This document shows, in pieces, positions 46,631 to 58,736 of a DNA stretch of 64,000 nt. The notes under the pieces were generated by a model. That model ran no database searches, was not told the origin of the DNA, and worked only from the letters and a program-made list of their open reading frames with translations. A program made the translations under genes and the position numbers. The stretch's first letter is position 1; each line of letters opens with the position of its first letter. The DNA is taken from NCBI RefSeq assembly GCF_964355755.1, contig NC_092670.1, positions 3,958,201 to 4,022,200 on the forward strand, given 5' to 3'. This DNA is from Antedon mediterranea. Taxonomy: Eukaryota > Animalia > Echinodermata.

Positions 46631-47935
46631 CTATTTTCAATGCTTCAGCCGATGAGTGAAACTTTCCTAGAGTAAACAATATTTAATTTTTAGAAAATTT
46701 CCATAAAATGTATCATGAAAATTTTAAAAGAAAACAATCTATTATTTGGTGTAGGAAACACAGAAACATTAGCTCTGTCTACACTACCATTAACTAAAAA
46801 CTTTGAAATAATGTGAAAAAGGAAAGGCTACAATTCCATATTATATAGAGGGAGCACTTTTATACACAAGGAAGTCTTTAAAACGAGACACTTTTGCTTA
46901 GTGTTCCAGAAAGTAGAGTATTTGAACTGTAAATGTTTATGAATGGCTATGTTTATCTATGAATATGACTATTTTTCGTATGAATATTAATGACCATTGT
47001 CTATATTTTCATGCATAATAAAACAGGCATTTAATTTATTCATTTGTGGAGTGCTAGGTATTTGAGCAAAGCGAAAACTTGAACACCTAACTGTCATTCA
47101 ACAAGTATTGTGTTCTTAAGATGAGTTGAAAATACTATGCCATTGTTTTGTAAATCGAGCACTAACCTAACTGTAAAAAAATTTCCGTCTGTCTGTGTCC
47201 AATCATGGTCATTACATCCATAAACCAGAACGGTGCAACAATACCCTGCAAAATAAATGTATAGTATTTGTTATTTATAACATAGTTAGCAATTTCTTAT
47301 AACAAATTCAAACACGGTCCCAGAAAGTGACACTTTTTCCGCAAGACAAAGATACGCACAAGATGTTCTTTACAAACAGCTCATGTCATGATCTGGCCAA
47401 CGCTGCAGAACTCCACAATGGCACATTGTAATCATATCATAGTGTGAATATAATACAATGCAATAGAATAGAGTTCAATAGAAAATAAATAGTTTTATTA
47501 GTTTACCAATGTTTTGTTGAACCAGATTGCCATGACATTGCAGTAAGTGCTCTGCTGCTGAACTATGTCTCTGAAAGATTCAAATGATTAAAGCTAATAA
47601 TGGAATGTATTGTAATTAAAGAACGTACAAGACAATGTGATGAAACATGGAAAGAATTCAATTTAAAATGAACATTATCTCAACTACATACTTGCATTTT
47701 AACTGCAATGGTAATAAGACATTACCCTACTGCAATCGCAACTACATATCAATGTTATGCTAGAAAGTGGCATTTGTGTAATAATCGATACATCTCAAGG
47801 AAATCAAATTCACATTGTTATCACACAGATCATTTTTCTCACAGCTACAGTAGTTCAACTCCTCTTGTCTGCTTTGTAATATATCAATTGTTTTCTTCCT
47901 CATCATCTGTTTGCTTATTTCTCTGGCATGGTCTG
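46350..47935 (-). pseudogene. Degenerate antisense partner gene upstream of T4
   Basis: Exon-like blocks: RHSSAAEHLLQCHGNLVQQNI (about 47570-47507), YCCTVLVYGCNDHDWTQTDGNFFTVR (about 47246-47167), GKFHSSAEALKIDLVDTL (about 46666-46615). Each is preceded by a polypyrimidine-AG acceptor. Confidence 0.55.
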
Positions 47936-48197
47936 AAAGATTTAACTTTACGATACAAGTTTAAAAAGGCATGAGCATAAATAGAATAAAATATTTACAC
48001 CTGCCTACATAATATTCTGTATTCCAGTTCCTGTTGATCTCTATTGATGTAAACAATATAAAGTACAATACTGTACCTACATAAATAAATACCACAACTG
48101 CTGTATTAATAAAGTGTGTGATAATACATAAATAAAGTAATGATCAAGAGCCTTTATTGAAGTTTAGTGTTCTGCATCACTGAATTTGAAATCGTAA

Positions 48198-48470
48198 TGA
48201 CGTGAAAGTTTACTATGCATATCAGTTAAAAACTGATCTAATGATGCACATACAGTACACCAACAAGGTCTGTACAAAAAAATTAATGCTTGTTTTCTTG
48301 TTGACAAATATTAACTTCTGACAGTTCAAGGTATTTTGCATTTTATTTATTCAATAATTGCTTGAAACTATTAACTACATTAAGATTTGTACACATAGTT
48401 GTACTATGCAATGCCCAGTCATTTGTTATAACAGGAAATAGTAGAGATTGGAAAAACCAACTTGGGCGTG
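48198..48470. promoter_or_regulatory. T4 promoter/intron motifs: TGACGTGA (48198-48205), donor GT 48331, degenerate kB-like GGAAAAACCA (48450-48459), GGGCGTG
   Basis: Positional homology with the other units. Confidence 0.45.
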
Positions 48471-48799
48471 TACACAAATAGCATAATATAGGCCTACGTG
48501 AAAATAGGATTTTATATTATCAATAAATTTTAATAAATGCGTTTATGTCATTTCGATGTTAATATGTACGGTAAAATAAATTGTTATCTATTATTATCAT
48601 CTGTACTATATAATAATTGAAAGTCTACTTTGGCATTTGAATTTGTTTTCATATTTAAAAACATTTTCAACAAAGGAAAACAATTATTACAAAGCAAATT
48701 GTAAATGTGAAGTGAGATATTAAATATTATTTATTACACCAGAGGAAGATAACATAACTTATGAGGTTTTACTCTCTTGCAGGATAGATTTGTTTTAAA

Positions 48800-50884
48800 A
48801 TGGCTACAAGCAAATTAAATCAGTTTCTTCGAGATTTAGATGAGGACTTAGTATGTGCCATTTGCCAGAAAAGATTTCAAGATCCAAAGAGTCTTCAATG
48901 TCTACATAGCTTTTGCTTGTCATGTTTAGAGAACTGGGTAAAAACAAACCATGGCAAACTAACATGTCCAATGTGTTGTAAATCATATCCTATTCCAGAT
49001 GGCGGGCTTAAGAAGCTTCCACCTAATACATTTCTAAACAACATGTTAGAAAACATTGACAAATTTCAAAAGAAAGATAACATAAAATGTATTTGTGGAG
49101 AAACAGAACAGGCAACACATTACTGTAAAGAATGCAGACATTACTTGTGTTTTGTATGTAGTAAGTATCACAAAATGTTGCCGATGTCTGCAAGTGATAC
49201 GCTACTTGCTGCAGAAGAATTGCAATCAATGACGCCACAACAACTTGCAGCATTAAACCCACCATTGTGTTCCTCTCACAATAAACCACTAGAGTTATAC
49301 TGCACAAAATGTAAAGAACCAATATGCATAATAACACATCCCTCAATAGATCATAAACCAATTGAAATTTTAAAAGCTTTTGAATCATTTAAAGAATCTG
49401 CACAACATCTGAAATCAACAGCCCATCATTACAAAGCTAAACTTGGTAATAGACTCAAGGAGCTCACAGAGAATGCTAAACAACTAAAAGAAAGTAAAGA
49501 ATCGAGTAACAAAGATATTGATAATCAAGTTCAAGAAGCGATGAAAATAATCCAGAGAAAAGGAGATGAAATGAAAAAGAAAGTTGACACAATTTATGAA
49601 AATGAAAAGAAAACAAATGATGTAGAAATGGAGAAAATAAGGTTAATTACTGCTGAACTAAATACAAATGTGAGTTTCCTTAATCAGTCACTAAAGAGTG
49701 AGCCAACAACTGCTATGATGTCAAGTGAGATTGCATTGAATACACTGAAGGATCACATTAACAATTCTGAAGAAATCAAGCAAAACGACAATGGAAAAAT
49801 TAACTTCTTTGGAAACAAACATCAAATGGATGATATTGGGATTGTAACTCAAATTAATGTAAAGGTACCGGAATATGTCATCCAAGGTGAAACTCTTGTT
49901 GCCAAATTAAGACAAAAACATCGGGTTGGTCCTAATCAACTTACAGCAACATGGACACATTCAACAGGAGAAACCAAAATTGATCTTGTTAAAGAAGATA
50001 ATGAGTATGTTGTAAGAGGAGTATGTGAAACTCCAGGAGTTTGTATATTAAATGTGTATTTAAATGGAAGTCCAGTCAAACAATCACCATTTAACATCAA
50101 CATAGAGAAAAAGGGACTGGTAAATGATTTCAAAGTTGATGGAAAGCCTATAGGAGTAGTAAAGTGTGATGATGATTGCCTGCTGGTTTCATTTAACACA
50201 AATGAAATTCACAAGTACAAACAATCAGGAGAATGCATCAGCAAGATTACACTACCAGAAGGTTCGAGAGTTTACAAAATGTACAAAATGAAGAATAACA
50301 ACATAGCATTCAGTGATGTAAACTTCATTAAAGTATGTGATATGAAAGGTCATGTGATCAAATCTATTGGTAAGGTTGTATTGAAATATCCATGGGGTAT
50401 TCACATAGATGAGGCAACAAACGTTATTTATGTAGCAGAATGGAACACTAAATATGTGTTCATGTTTGACATCAATAGTGGTAAGGAACTGATGAAGATA
50501 GGATCACAAGAAAAAGTAAAATATGGATACTATGATGTAACACTTACACAAACGGGGAAAGTAGTTGTAGCAGATTTGGAAAATAATCAAATTGTATTAT
50601 ATGATGATGAAGACAAATCATTTAAAGTACTTATCAATGAAGGTGATGAAGATGGTATGGTGTTAGGGCTACGTGGGGTTGTAGTTGATGAGGATGGTAA
50701 CATCATTGTATCAAGTTTTAACAAACTACAACTATTCAGCAGTGATGGACATTTTATCAAAAGGATTGATCAGAAGAAAGATAGAATTAATAATCCAGAG
50801 CAGTTATGCATCATTTCATATCACCCACGTAGAATTGCTGTAGCTAATTACAGTAGCAGCAACATTAAAATATTCAATTATTAA
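48800..50884 (+). CDS. TRIM-NHL E3 ubiquitin ligase T4, 694 aa, intronless CDS, both B-boxes partly degenerate
   Basis: Open ORF with RING, coiled coil, filamin and NHL motifs. Acceptor cttgcag ends at 48782. The last B-box1 His is replaced by Asp, and B-box2 has lost a Cys by in-frame deletion. Confidence 0.92.
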   Translation: MATSKLNQFLRDLDEDLVCAICQKRFQDPKSLQCLHSFCLSCLENWVKTNHGKLTCPMCCKSYPIPDGGLKKLPPNTFLNNMLENIDKFQKKDNIKCICGETEQATHYCKECRHYLCFVCSKYHKMLPMSASDTLLAAEELQSMTPQQLAALNPPLCSSHNKPLELYCTKCKEPICIITHPSIDHKPIEILKAFESFKESAQHLKSTAHHYKAKLGNRLKELTENAKQLKESKESSNKDIDNQVQEAMKIIQRKGDEMKKKVDTIYENEKKTNDVEMEKIRLITAELNTNVSFLNQSLKSEPTTAMMSSEIALNTLKDHINNSEEIKQNDNGKINFFGNKHQMDDIGIVTQINVKVPEYVIQGETLVAKLRQKHRVGPNQLTATWTHSTGETKIDLVKEDNEYVVRGVCETPGVCILNVYLNGSPVKQSPFNINIEKKGLVNDFKVDGKPIGVVKCDDDCLLVSFNTNEIHKYKQSGECISKITLPEGSRVYKMYKMKNNNIAFSDVNFIKVCDMKGHVIKSIGKVVLKYPWGIHIDEATNVIYVAEWNTKYVFMFDINSGKELMKIGSQEKVKYGYYDVTLTQTGKVVVADLENNQIVLYDDEDKSFKVLINEGDEDGMVLGLRGVVVDEDGNIIVSSFNKLQLFSSDGHFIKRIDQKKDRINNPEQLCIISYHPRRIAVANYSSSNIKIFNY

Positions 50885-51099
50885 ATTTTTTCTCATTTAA
50901 AAACTGCACATAAATAATTTGTAAAAAAAGTAAAAGGTTATGAAATTATAATAACTAGAGGGTGACACTATGGATCTTGGAATGTTAAATAATGATTTGG
51001 GTACACGTCACAGGAAGACAGTCTGGTCTATCGAGGGAGATGTGGGTGAGTGTTAATGTTTTATTTTTTAAAATAAACCTAATCTGTTTCTCAGAATCT

Positions 51100-51625
51100 T
51101 AGACTAAGATGATGATCATAATTGCATAATTGCAATGTTTTACTTTATCATCAAAGATCTATTATTTATAATTTACTCATAGTTAATAATCGTCATGATA
51201 CTCTCACTTTCAAGCATCTTCGCTCCAGTAATGATATTTCAAGATTTTGCATCCCGACCAGATTCACTAGAACTTGGAATTCCATACCCAATGAGATTCG
51301 CGATATTTGTGTTAATGGTTCATTTATTAATTTTAAATTATCTCTAAAGCTATATTTTAAATGTCGGAGTGAAACTTTTTAACTTTTTAAATGAAATGAT
51401 ATGTCTATGTTATTTTAGTATATATTCTTGTTATTTGTAATTTTTGTGTTGGAGAGACACACCTTACCGGTGACAGCGTTTTGTTTAATGCTTTTGTCTC
51501 TCCTCGGCTTCGTGTCTTGTATTTCATATATAGGCCTATATATATATTTCTATGTTTTTTGTTTTTTTGTTGTTGTAATTATTATGTTATGTTTATTGCC
51601 GAAATGAATAAAATAAATAAAATAA
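51100..51625 (+). mobile_element. LINE 3' fragment downstream of T4
   Basis: RFTRTWNSIPNEIRD resembles the CR1/L2 ORF2 terminal motif and the segment ends in an (AAATA)n tail. The 5' boundary is uncertain. Confidence 0.6.
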
Positions 51626-52679
51626 CATTTGAGTACCATGTTTATTTTTCGGGGGTGAGGTGGGTTCATTACAGTAATACAAAGTAAATTTAGTTAATTC
51701 AGTGATTATTTGAAATAATTTCAATATACTGAATACTATACTGAATTAATATGTATTCATAAAGTATTGTAGAACTTTTACCTAAAAGGCATTTCAATAA
51801 TTAAAATCATTAACATACAGTAATAACAATGTTTTTCTCAAATTATTTCTAAATCTAACATTACAGTACATTTTATATCACAGCATATAGATGATAGTGA
51901 ATAGCAATTGTAATAGATAGTCATTATAATATCTCTATTGCCGTAAAATATGCAGTAAGTTTAATTAATAATGCATGTTGTTAAATTAATGCATTGTTTA
52001 GAGTTATAAATTAAATTAGAACTTAAAATTAAAACACTTCTGCCCAGCAATTTTACGAACATGAAATGCAAAGATTTAACGTGCGGAATCGGTCACGCGT
52101 GGCAGTGAGGAAAATATCTATCGTGTTTAATATTTTTTGTCACGGGTGTCATTTTCTTCAAAGTGTGCGCCGAACATGAGCTAACAGCTCAATAAAAAAT
52201 CAACAACACATGTATATTCTAATTTATTATAATAAGTGAGCGCGCGCCGAATTGTGTAGTAAGTAATTATCCAATCAGCACTTCCGTTCTGAAAGCGTCC
52301 GATAGAACGCAATCACAGTTTGCGGCATTTTTTTGATTGATTCTATAAATTGTTTGTAGTAATTTGAACACAGAAACATAAACATTCAAAAGTAACTAAA
52401 AGGCAGTTCCCAGTGCTGTATCTCCACATAATATCTATTATAGGAATATTTGGTAAAAAAGCATCACATGTGGTGCCTTTTATCATGTAAGGTGGGTTAA
52501 GGGTTAGGTTACTCTAGATACTGTACATGTGAAACACATGTGATGTTGTATTACCAAATATTCCTAAGATACTTCAGATATAGATATTACAGTACCGAAA
52601 ATCGGCTGAGGCAAAGAAAAGGAAGACTTTAAACCACCTTTCGGTTTTTGAAAAAATGCATCAAAAAAGTAACAAAGAG

Positions 52680-54549
52680 TTTATCTACTATGAATATGAC
52701 TATTTGTCGTATGAATATTAATGAGTATGACTATTTATATTATATAATAAAAACAGGCACTTAAATGTATTCCATTTGTGGGGGGATTGTTATTAGTAAA
52801 AAAATTTACACTCCAGAATTATAATTATTCTTAAGACGAGTTGGTATTACTATGCCATTGTAAATTTAACAACACTAATCTAACTGTAAAGAAATTTATG
52901 TTCAATTGTATTGATCATTACATCCATAAACCAGAACGGTGAAACAATACCCTGCAAGATAAATGTATATTATTTGTTATTTATAACATACTTAGCAATT
53001 GCTTATAACAAATTCAAGCACAGTCCCAGAAAGTGACACTTTCTTCGCAAGACAAAGATATGTAATGATGTTCTGTACAAACAGCTCATGTCATGATCTG
53101 GTCAACGCTGCAGAACTCCACAATGGCACATTGTAATCATATCATAGTGTAAATATAATACAATGTAATATAATAGTTCAATAGAAAATAAATGGTTTTA
53201 TTAGTTTACCTACGTTTTGTTGAACCCGATTGCCATGACATTGCAATAAGTGCTCTGCTGCTGGACTATGTCTCTGAAAGATTCAAATGATTAAAGCTGA
53301 TAATGAAATGTATTGTAATTAAAGAAAGTACAAGACAATGACGATGAAACATGGAAAGGATTCAATTTTAAAATTAACATTATCTCAACTACATATATAC
53401 ATTATGACTGCAATGGTAATAAAACATTATCCTACCTAACTGCAATCGCAACTATAATAAATGTTATGCTAGAAAATGGCCTTTGTGTAATAATCGATAC
53501 ATCTCAAGGAAATCAAATTCACATTGTTATCACACAAATAATTTTTCTCACAGCTACAGAAGTCCAACTAGATTGCAATGGGAATTATTCAAATAAACAA
53601 TAAGGACAATTCAAGATAGTGTATATTATATCTATTATAATAACAAATAGTAAACAGTGCATGATAACATCAAGGATGGGCCAACAAAAAGTAAATCAAC
53701 ACAATATGTTTAGAGTGATATGGAATGATGTTAGTCATCCCCTTAACTCGGACATTGCCGACTGCCTTATGGAACGTAGTGGTAGACTGAGGCCGCCATG
53801 GGGATCCACTGAACGCCATCGTCTCTCCTTCCTCCCAAGGGGCATACGAGACTATAATGAAAGATTTCAAAGATAGGGGAATTTATTACGAATACACTAT
53901 TTTTGTTATTATTATTATCACACTTATGTATTAGGCCTATCATTTCTCTTTTCTTTATGGCATTGTTATAAGACAGCAACACAATTTCCCAAGTTTCCTT
54001 GTATCCTTGTATCATGGTTGCATCAATGTTGTAATTGATTATATTTTTGATAGGAATCTGGTATGAAATAATATTTAATATCTAGCTATGCAAAGAATAA
54101 ACAAATTAATTATTTGTAAGTACGTACCAAAAAAATCACCAGTATTCTAACTCTAAAACTTTATGAAGAAATTTTACTGTTTATTCTCTATTTTGCATGA
54201 AGGATAATTCTTAAATGTAGTATTGTGCACAGTATATTTATTTATTGTCATTAGACAAAATAATTTGTATGGAATGCCATAAGTGCCATAGTAATCACAA
54301 TACCAGTGACTGAATAAGGCATTTGCTATGCAACAATATTAACTATTTCTATAACTTGATGTCAAAACAAAAACTTGCAACAAGTCGATCAACTCAGTTC
54401 AATTTTTCTTCTTCAAACTTAAAGATATTTTGGATTGAATCTTTCTGGAAAAAGTTTGTAAAGTGTGCAATATCTTCTTCTTGTCGGCTTCGTAATTTAT
54501 CAATTGTTTTCTTCCTCATCATCTGTTTGCTTATTTCTCTAGCATCGTC
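52680..54549 (-). pseudogene. Degenerate antisense partner gene upstream of T5
   Basis: tttcag|DDAREISKQMMRKKTIDKLRSRQEEDIAHF exon (ORF 54394-54627), a Cys-rich block TILNCPYC (about 53620-53597), and the HLLQCHG and YC.TVLVYG exons. Confidence 0.55.
53700..54015 (+). mobile_element. Short L2-group LINE 3' fragment
   Basis: DVSHPL...SGRLR....TERHRLSFLPRGIRDYN is homologous to the end of ORF 27475-27975. Absent from the paralogous site at about 63545. Confidence 0.75.
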
Positions 54550-54724
54550 TGAAAGAGAAAAAAAGTAAATTAATTCAGCGTTAAAAGTATAATTTATTAC
54601 AATTTCAAAAAGCATTGAAGCACACATCTACATAATATTCTGTATTAGTTCCTGCACTGGCCTAAAGTAATGAATAGTTTTTATTGTAGCTTGGTGTTCT
54701 ACATCACTGATTTTGAAATCGTAA

Positions 54725-54968
54725 TGACGTGACGATTTGGAATATAAACAGCTCAATAATGATCACACATACACACATAAACAACGAGGAAAACCAGCTT
54801 TTGTTTCATTACTGGAAAACATATTAACTTCTAAAAGCTCGCCAACACCAATGGTATTTACATTTTATTTATTAAATAATTGCTTAAAAATATTCTCTTT
54901 AAAGTAGGATTGTTACATAAATATTGTATACTCCATGACAAGTGATCGGAAAACCCCATATGGGTGTG
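54725..54968. promoter_or_regulatory. T5 promoter/intron motifs: TGACGTGA (54725-54732), donor GT 54854, kB-like GGAAAACCCC (54948-54957)
   Basis: Nearly identical to the T1 upstream region. Confidence 0.5.
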
Positions 54969-55398
54969 TACAGGTATAGGATTTTTAAAAATCAATAAAT
55001 TTCAATAATGCAGCATATGGCTATATATGCCAATATTCATTTTGATGGTAATTAGTTTAAACTAATACCAGCATATAATGTGTCGTCCATATCATGTGAC
55101 TCTTTGGCATTTTAATTTGCTTTCATATTCATAAAAACAGTATTCAATGATAGAAAACATTAACTTAAATTATATGTGACTTCTTAGTCATTGTTTGATA
55201 CACCATAAACTTCAATAATTTGTAACTAACTGAAGGACTCTTTGGCATTTTAATTTGCTTTCATATTCATAACAGTATTCAATGATAGAAAACAATTATA
55301 CAGAGCAATTCTATTATATGTGACTTCTTAGTCATTGTTTAATACACCAGAGAAGGATAACATGGAGCTTTAATATCTTGCAGGTTAACTGCTTTAAA

Positions 55399-57515
55399 AT
55401 GGCTACAAGCAAATTAAATCAATTTTTTCAAGATGTAGATGAGAACTTAGTATGTGCCATTTGCCAGGAGAGGTTTCAACATCCCAAAAGTCTTCAATGC
55501 CTACATAGCTTTTGTTTGTCATGTTTAGAGAACTGGGTAAAAACAAATAATGGCAAACTAACATGTCCAATTTGTTGCCAATCATATCCTATTCCAGATG
55601 GCGGGCTTAAGAAGCTTCCACAAAGTACATTTCTAAATAACATGTTAGAAAACATTGAAAAGTTTCAGAAGAAAGGTAACATAACATGTATTTGTGGAAC
55701 AAAAGAACATGCAACACATCACTGTAAAGAATGCAGACATTACTTGTGTTCCACATGTAGTAAACATCACAAAATGTTGCCAATAACTGCAAGTTATACG
55801 CTACTTGCTGCAGAGGAAATGCAATCAATGACGCCACAACAACTTGTAGCATTAAACCCGCCGTGGTGTTCTACTCATAACAAACCACTAGAGCTATACT
55901 GTACAAAATGTAAAGATCCAATATGCATCCACTGTGCAGTAACAGAACATCAATCAGTGCAGTGGACCATCATAAAACAATAGACCTTGAGAAAGCATTT
56001 ACATCTTTTAAAGAATCTGCACAACAACTGAAATCCGCAGCCCATCATTACAATGCTAAACTAAAAAATGGACTCAAGGAGCTCACAGAGAATGCTGAAA
56101 AACTAAAAGAAAGTAAAGAAACAAGTATCAAAGATATTAAAAATCAAGTTCAAGAAACAATACAAATAATCCAGAAAAAAGGAGATGAAATGATAAAAAA
56201 AGTTGACACAATCTATGAAAATGAAAAGAAAATTAATGATGTAGAAATGAAGAAATTAAGGTCAATCACCTCTAAACTAAACACAAATGTAAGATTCCTT
56301 AATCAGTCCCTACAGAGTGAACCAGCAACTGCTATGATGTCAAGTGAGACTGCATTGAATACACTGAAGGATCAGATGAACAATTCTGAAGAAATCAAAC
56401 AAAATAACAATGGACAAATTAACTTCTTTGGAAACAAACATCAAATTGATTTGTTAAACCAACATGATATTGGGATTGTAACTCACATTAATGTAAAGGT
56501 ACCGGAATATGTTAATGAAGGTGAAACACTTGTTGCAAAAATAAGACAAAAACATCACGTTGGTCCTAATCAACTTACAGCAACATGGACAGTATCAACT
56601 GGAGAAATCAACATTGATCTTGTTAAAGAAGATAATGAGTATGTTAAAAGAGCAGTATTTGTGGATTCAGGATTCTGTACATTAAATGTGTATTTCAATG
56701 GAAAAAAAATTAAACAATCACCATTTACTATCAATATAGAGAAGAAAGGACTGTTAAATGATTTTAAAGTTGACATGGTGCCTACAGGAATAGTGAAGTG
56801 TGATGATGATTGCTTGCTGGTTTCATTTGACACAAATGAAATTTGCAAGTACAAACAATCAGAATGCATCAGCAAGATTACACTACCAGAAGGTGTGACA
56901 GTTTACAGAATGTACAAAATGAAGAATAATCACATAGCATTCAGTGATGTAAACTGCATTCAAGTATGTGATATGAATGGCCATGTAATCAAATCAATTG
57001 GTAAAGGTGTACTGAAAGATCCACGTGGTTTTTACATAGATGAGGCAACAGATGTTATTTATGTAGCAGAATGGAACACTGAATGTGTGTTTATGTTTGA
57101 CAACAATAGTGGTAAAGAACTTTTGCAGATAGGAGCAAAGAAAAAAGTAGAATATGGATACTATGATGTAACACTTACACAAACTGGGAAAGTTCTTGTA
57201 GCGGATTTGGAGAATGATCAAATTGTAATATATGATAATAAAGACAAGTCATTTAAAGTACTTATCAATAAAGGTGATGAAGATGGTATGGTGATGTGTC
57301 CAAAAAGAGTTGTAGTTGATGAGGATGATAACATCATTGTATCAAGTAAACACAAACTACAACTATTTAGCAGTGATGGAAATTTTATCAAAAGAATAGA
57401 TCAGGAAGAAGATGGACTTAACCATCCAAGTCAGTTATGCATCATTTCATATCACCCACGTAGAATTGCTGTAGCTAATTACAGTGGCAGCAACATCAAA
57501 ATATTTAATTATTAA
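55399..57515 (+). pseudogene. TRIM-NHL paralog T5, split by a single 5-bp duplication
   Basis: ATG at 55399. CAGTG-CAGTG duplication at about 55955-55964 shifts the frame at the end of B-box2. ORFs 55378-55983 and 55923-57515 otherwise cover the whole protein. Confidence 0.88.
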
Positions 57516-58684
57516 AGTTTACCTTAAATAAATAACCGTTGTATAAAGTCAGTCATTGATTGAAAATAAAATATTAATACTTATGTGGGGATTAATCTAA
57601 TCATGTGATAATTAAATACTGCCCCCTATAGGTGTTGCTGCCCCCTATAATTGTAACAGTCTTTTTCAAATGATTTGCTTTCTTTTGTATTCATGAACCG
57701 GTCAAGGAAGCAGATAGTTTTGTCTCTTACTTAATTAAAGATCTGATTAAAAGGTAATTACTCTACTTTATACACATATTACTTTGTTATACATTTATAA
57801 GATTCTGTTATGTTTAAGAAACATTAATGTTGTATTTTAAGATGATTGCATTCATAGGCCTAGACATTTGTTTTGGGTTAACCTTGACTCATGGAATGTG
57901 CAGTTAGGAAGCCTATTGAATAGTATTGTGTTACAATCTTTGAACTAGGATTTTATGCCATATAATGTTATAATATATACTTTTGTGATAAACCTTCTTT
58001 GTATTAACAAAATATGTTTAGATAGATTTAGTAATGTTTAGTTTATAGAAGATAGTTTCTAGTTAACAGTTTGTATAAAATAGTTCATCCTACAGTTCAC
58101 ACTTGATTAATTTGTACACACGAGGCTACCATGCTCGTGATAGATCGTCATGTAGTGCGCCCTCTATTTATCATACAAAATGGCTGCGCCCATGGATTTG
58201 TTATTGTTTATATATTTTACACAAACCTAAGATTATAACTCCTTGATTCAATGAATAGACTAAGTTTAGTATTCAAATAGTGTGAGTAAATTCCAACATG
58301 CATTTATTCTAGTAATATAATAGTAATATTCAGGCACTTATGATGCAATTGTGTAGGTAATTAATTAGGTATTTGTATACTCTAACAAAGTATACAGAGG
58401 CTGTTTAGGTAGACGTGCCGTTTGATGTAATAGTCGCAGTCCTCAGAGAGAATCCTTTTTATTAGAGTCGCCTGTTAAGTTGAGGTCGTTACTAAGAATT
58501 GGCTTGTATTTTAGAATATTATTTACTTTTGTTTCTCATTGTATTTATTATGTGGTTTTCAGGACCATACTGATCTCTATTGTTATGCTAAAAACAAATT
58601 AAAACCAAATACACCACCGGACCGTGGTAAAAGTGAGAAAAGGCGTGTTTTTCCTTTTGTGTTGTCGTCCACATCCTTACAATT

Positions 58685-58702
58685 TGGTGTCAGAAGTGGG
58701 AT
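58685..58702 (+). other. Primer-binding site complementary to the tRNA-Leu 3' end
   Basis: TGGTGTCAGAAGTGGGAT lies 3 nt after the 5' LTR and is the complement of ATCCCACTTCTGACACCA, the 3' end of animal tRNA-Leu(CAA/CAG). Confidence 0.85.
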
Positions 58703-58736
58703 CGTGGATCGTATTTGGCTTTAACATTAGAGATCA

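Noticed and set aside
55096-55330. Local duplication of about 110 bp in the T5 intron
   Set aside because: It is real but looks like an ordinary local duplication and does not affect the splice sites.
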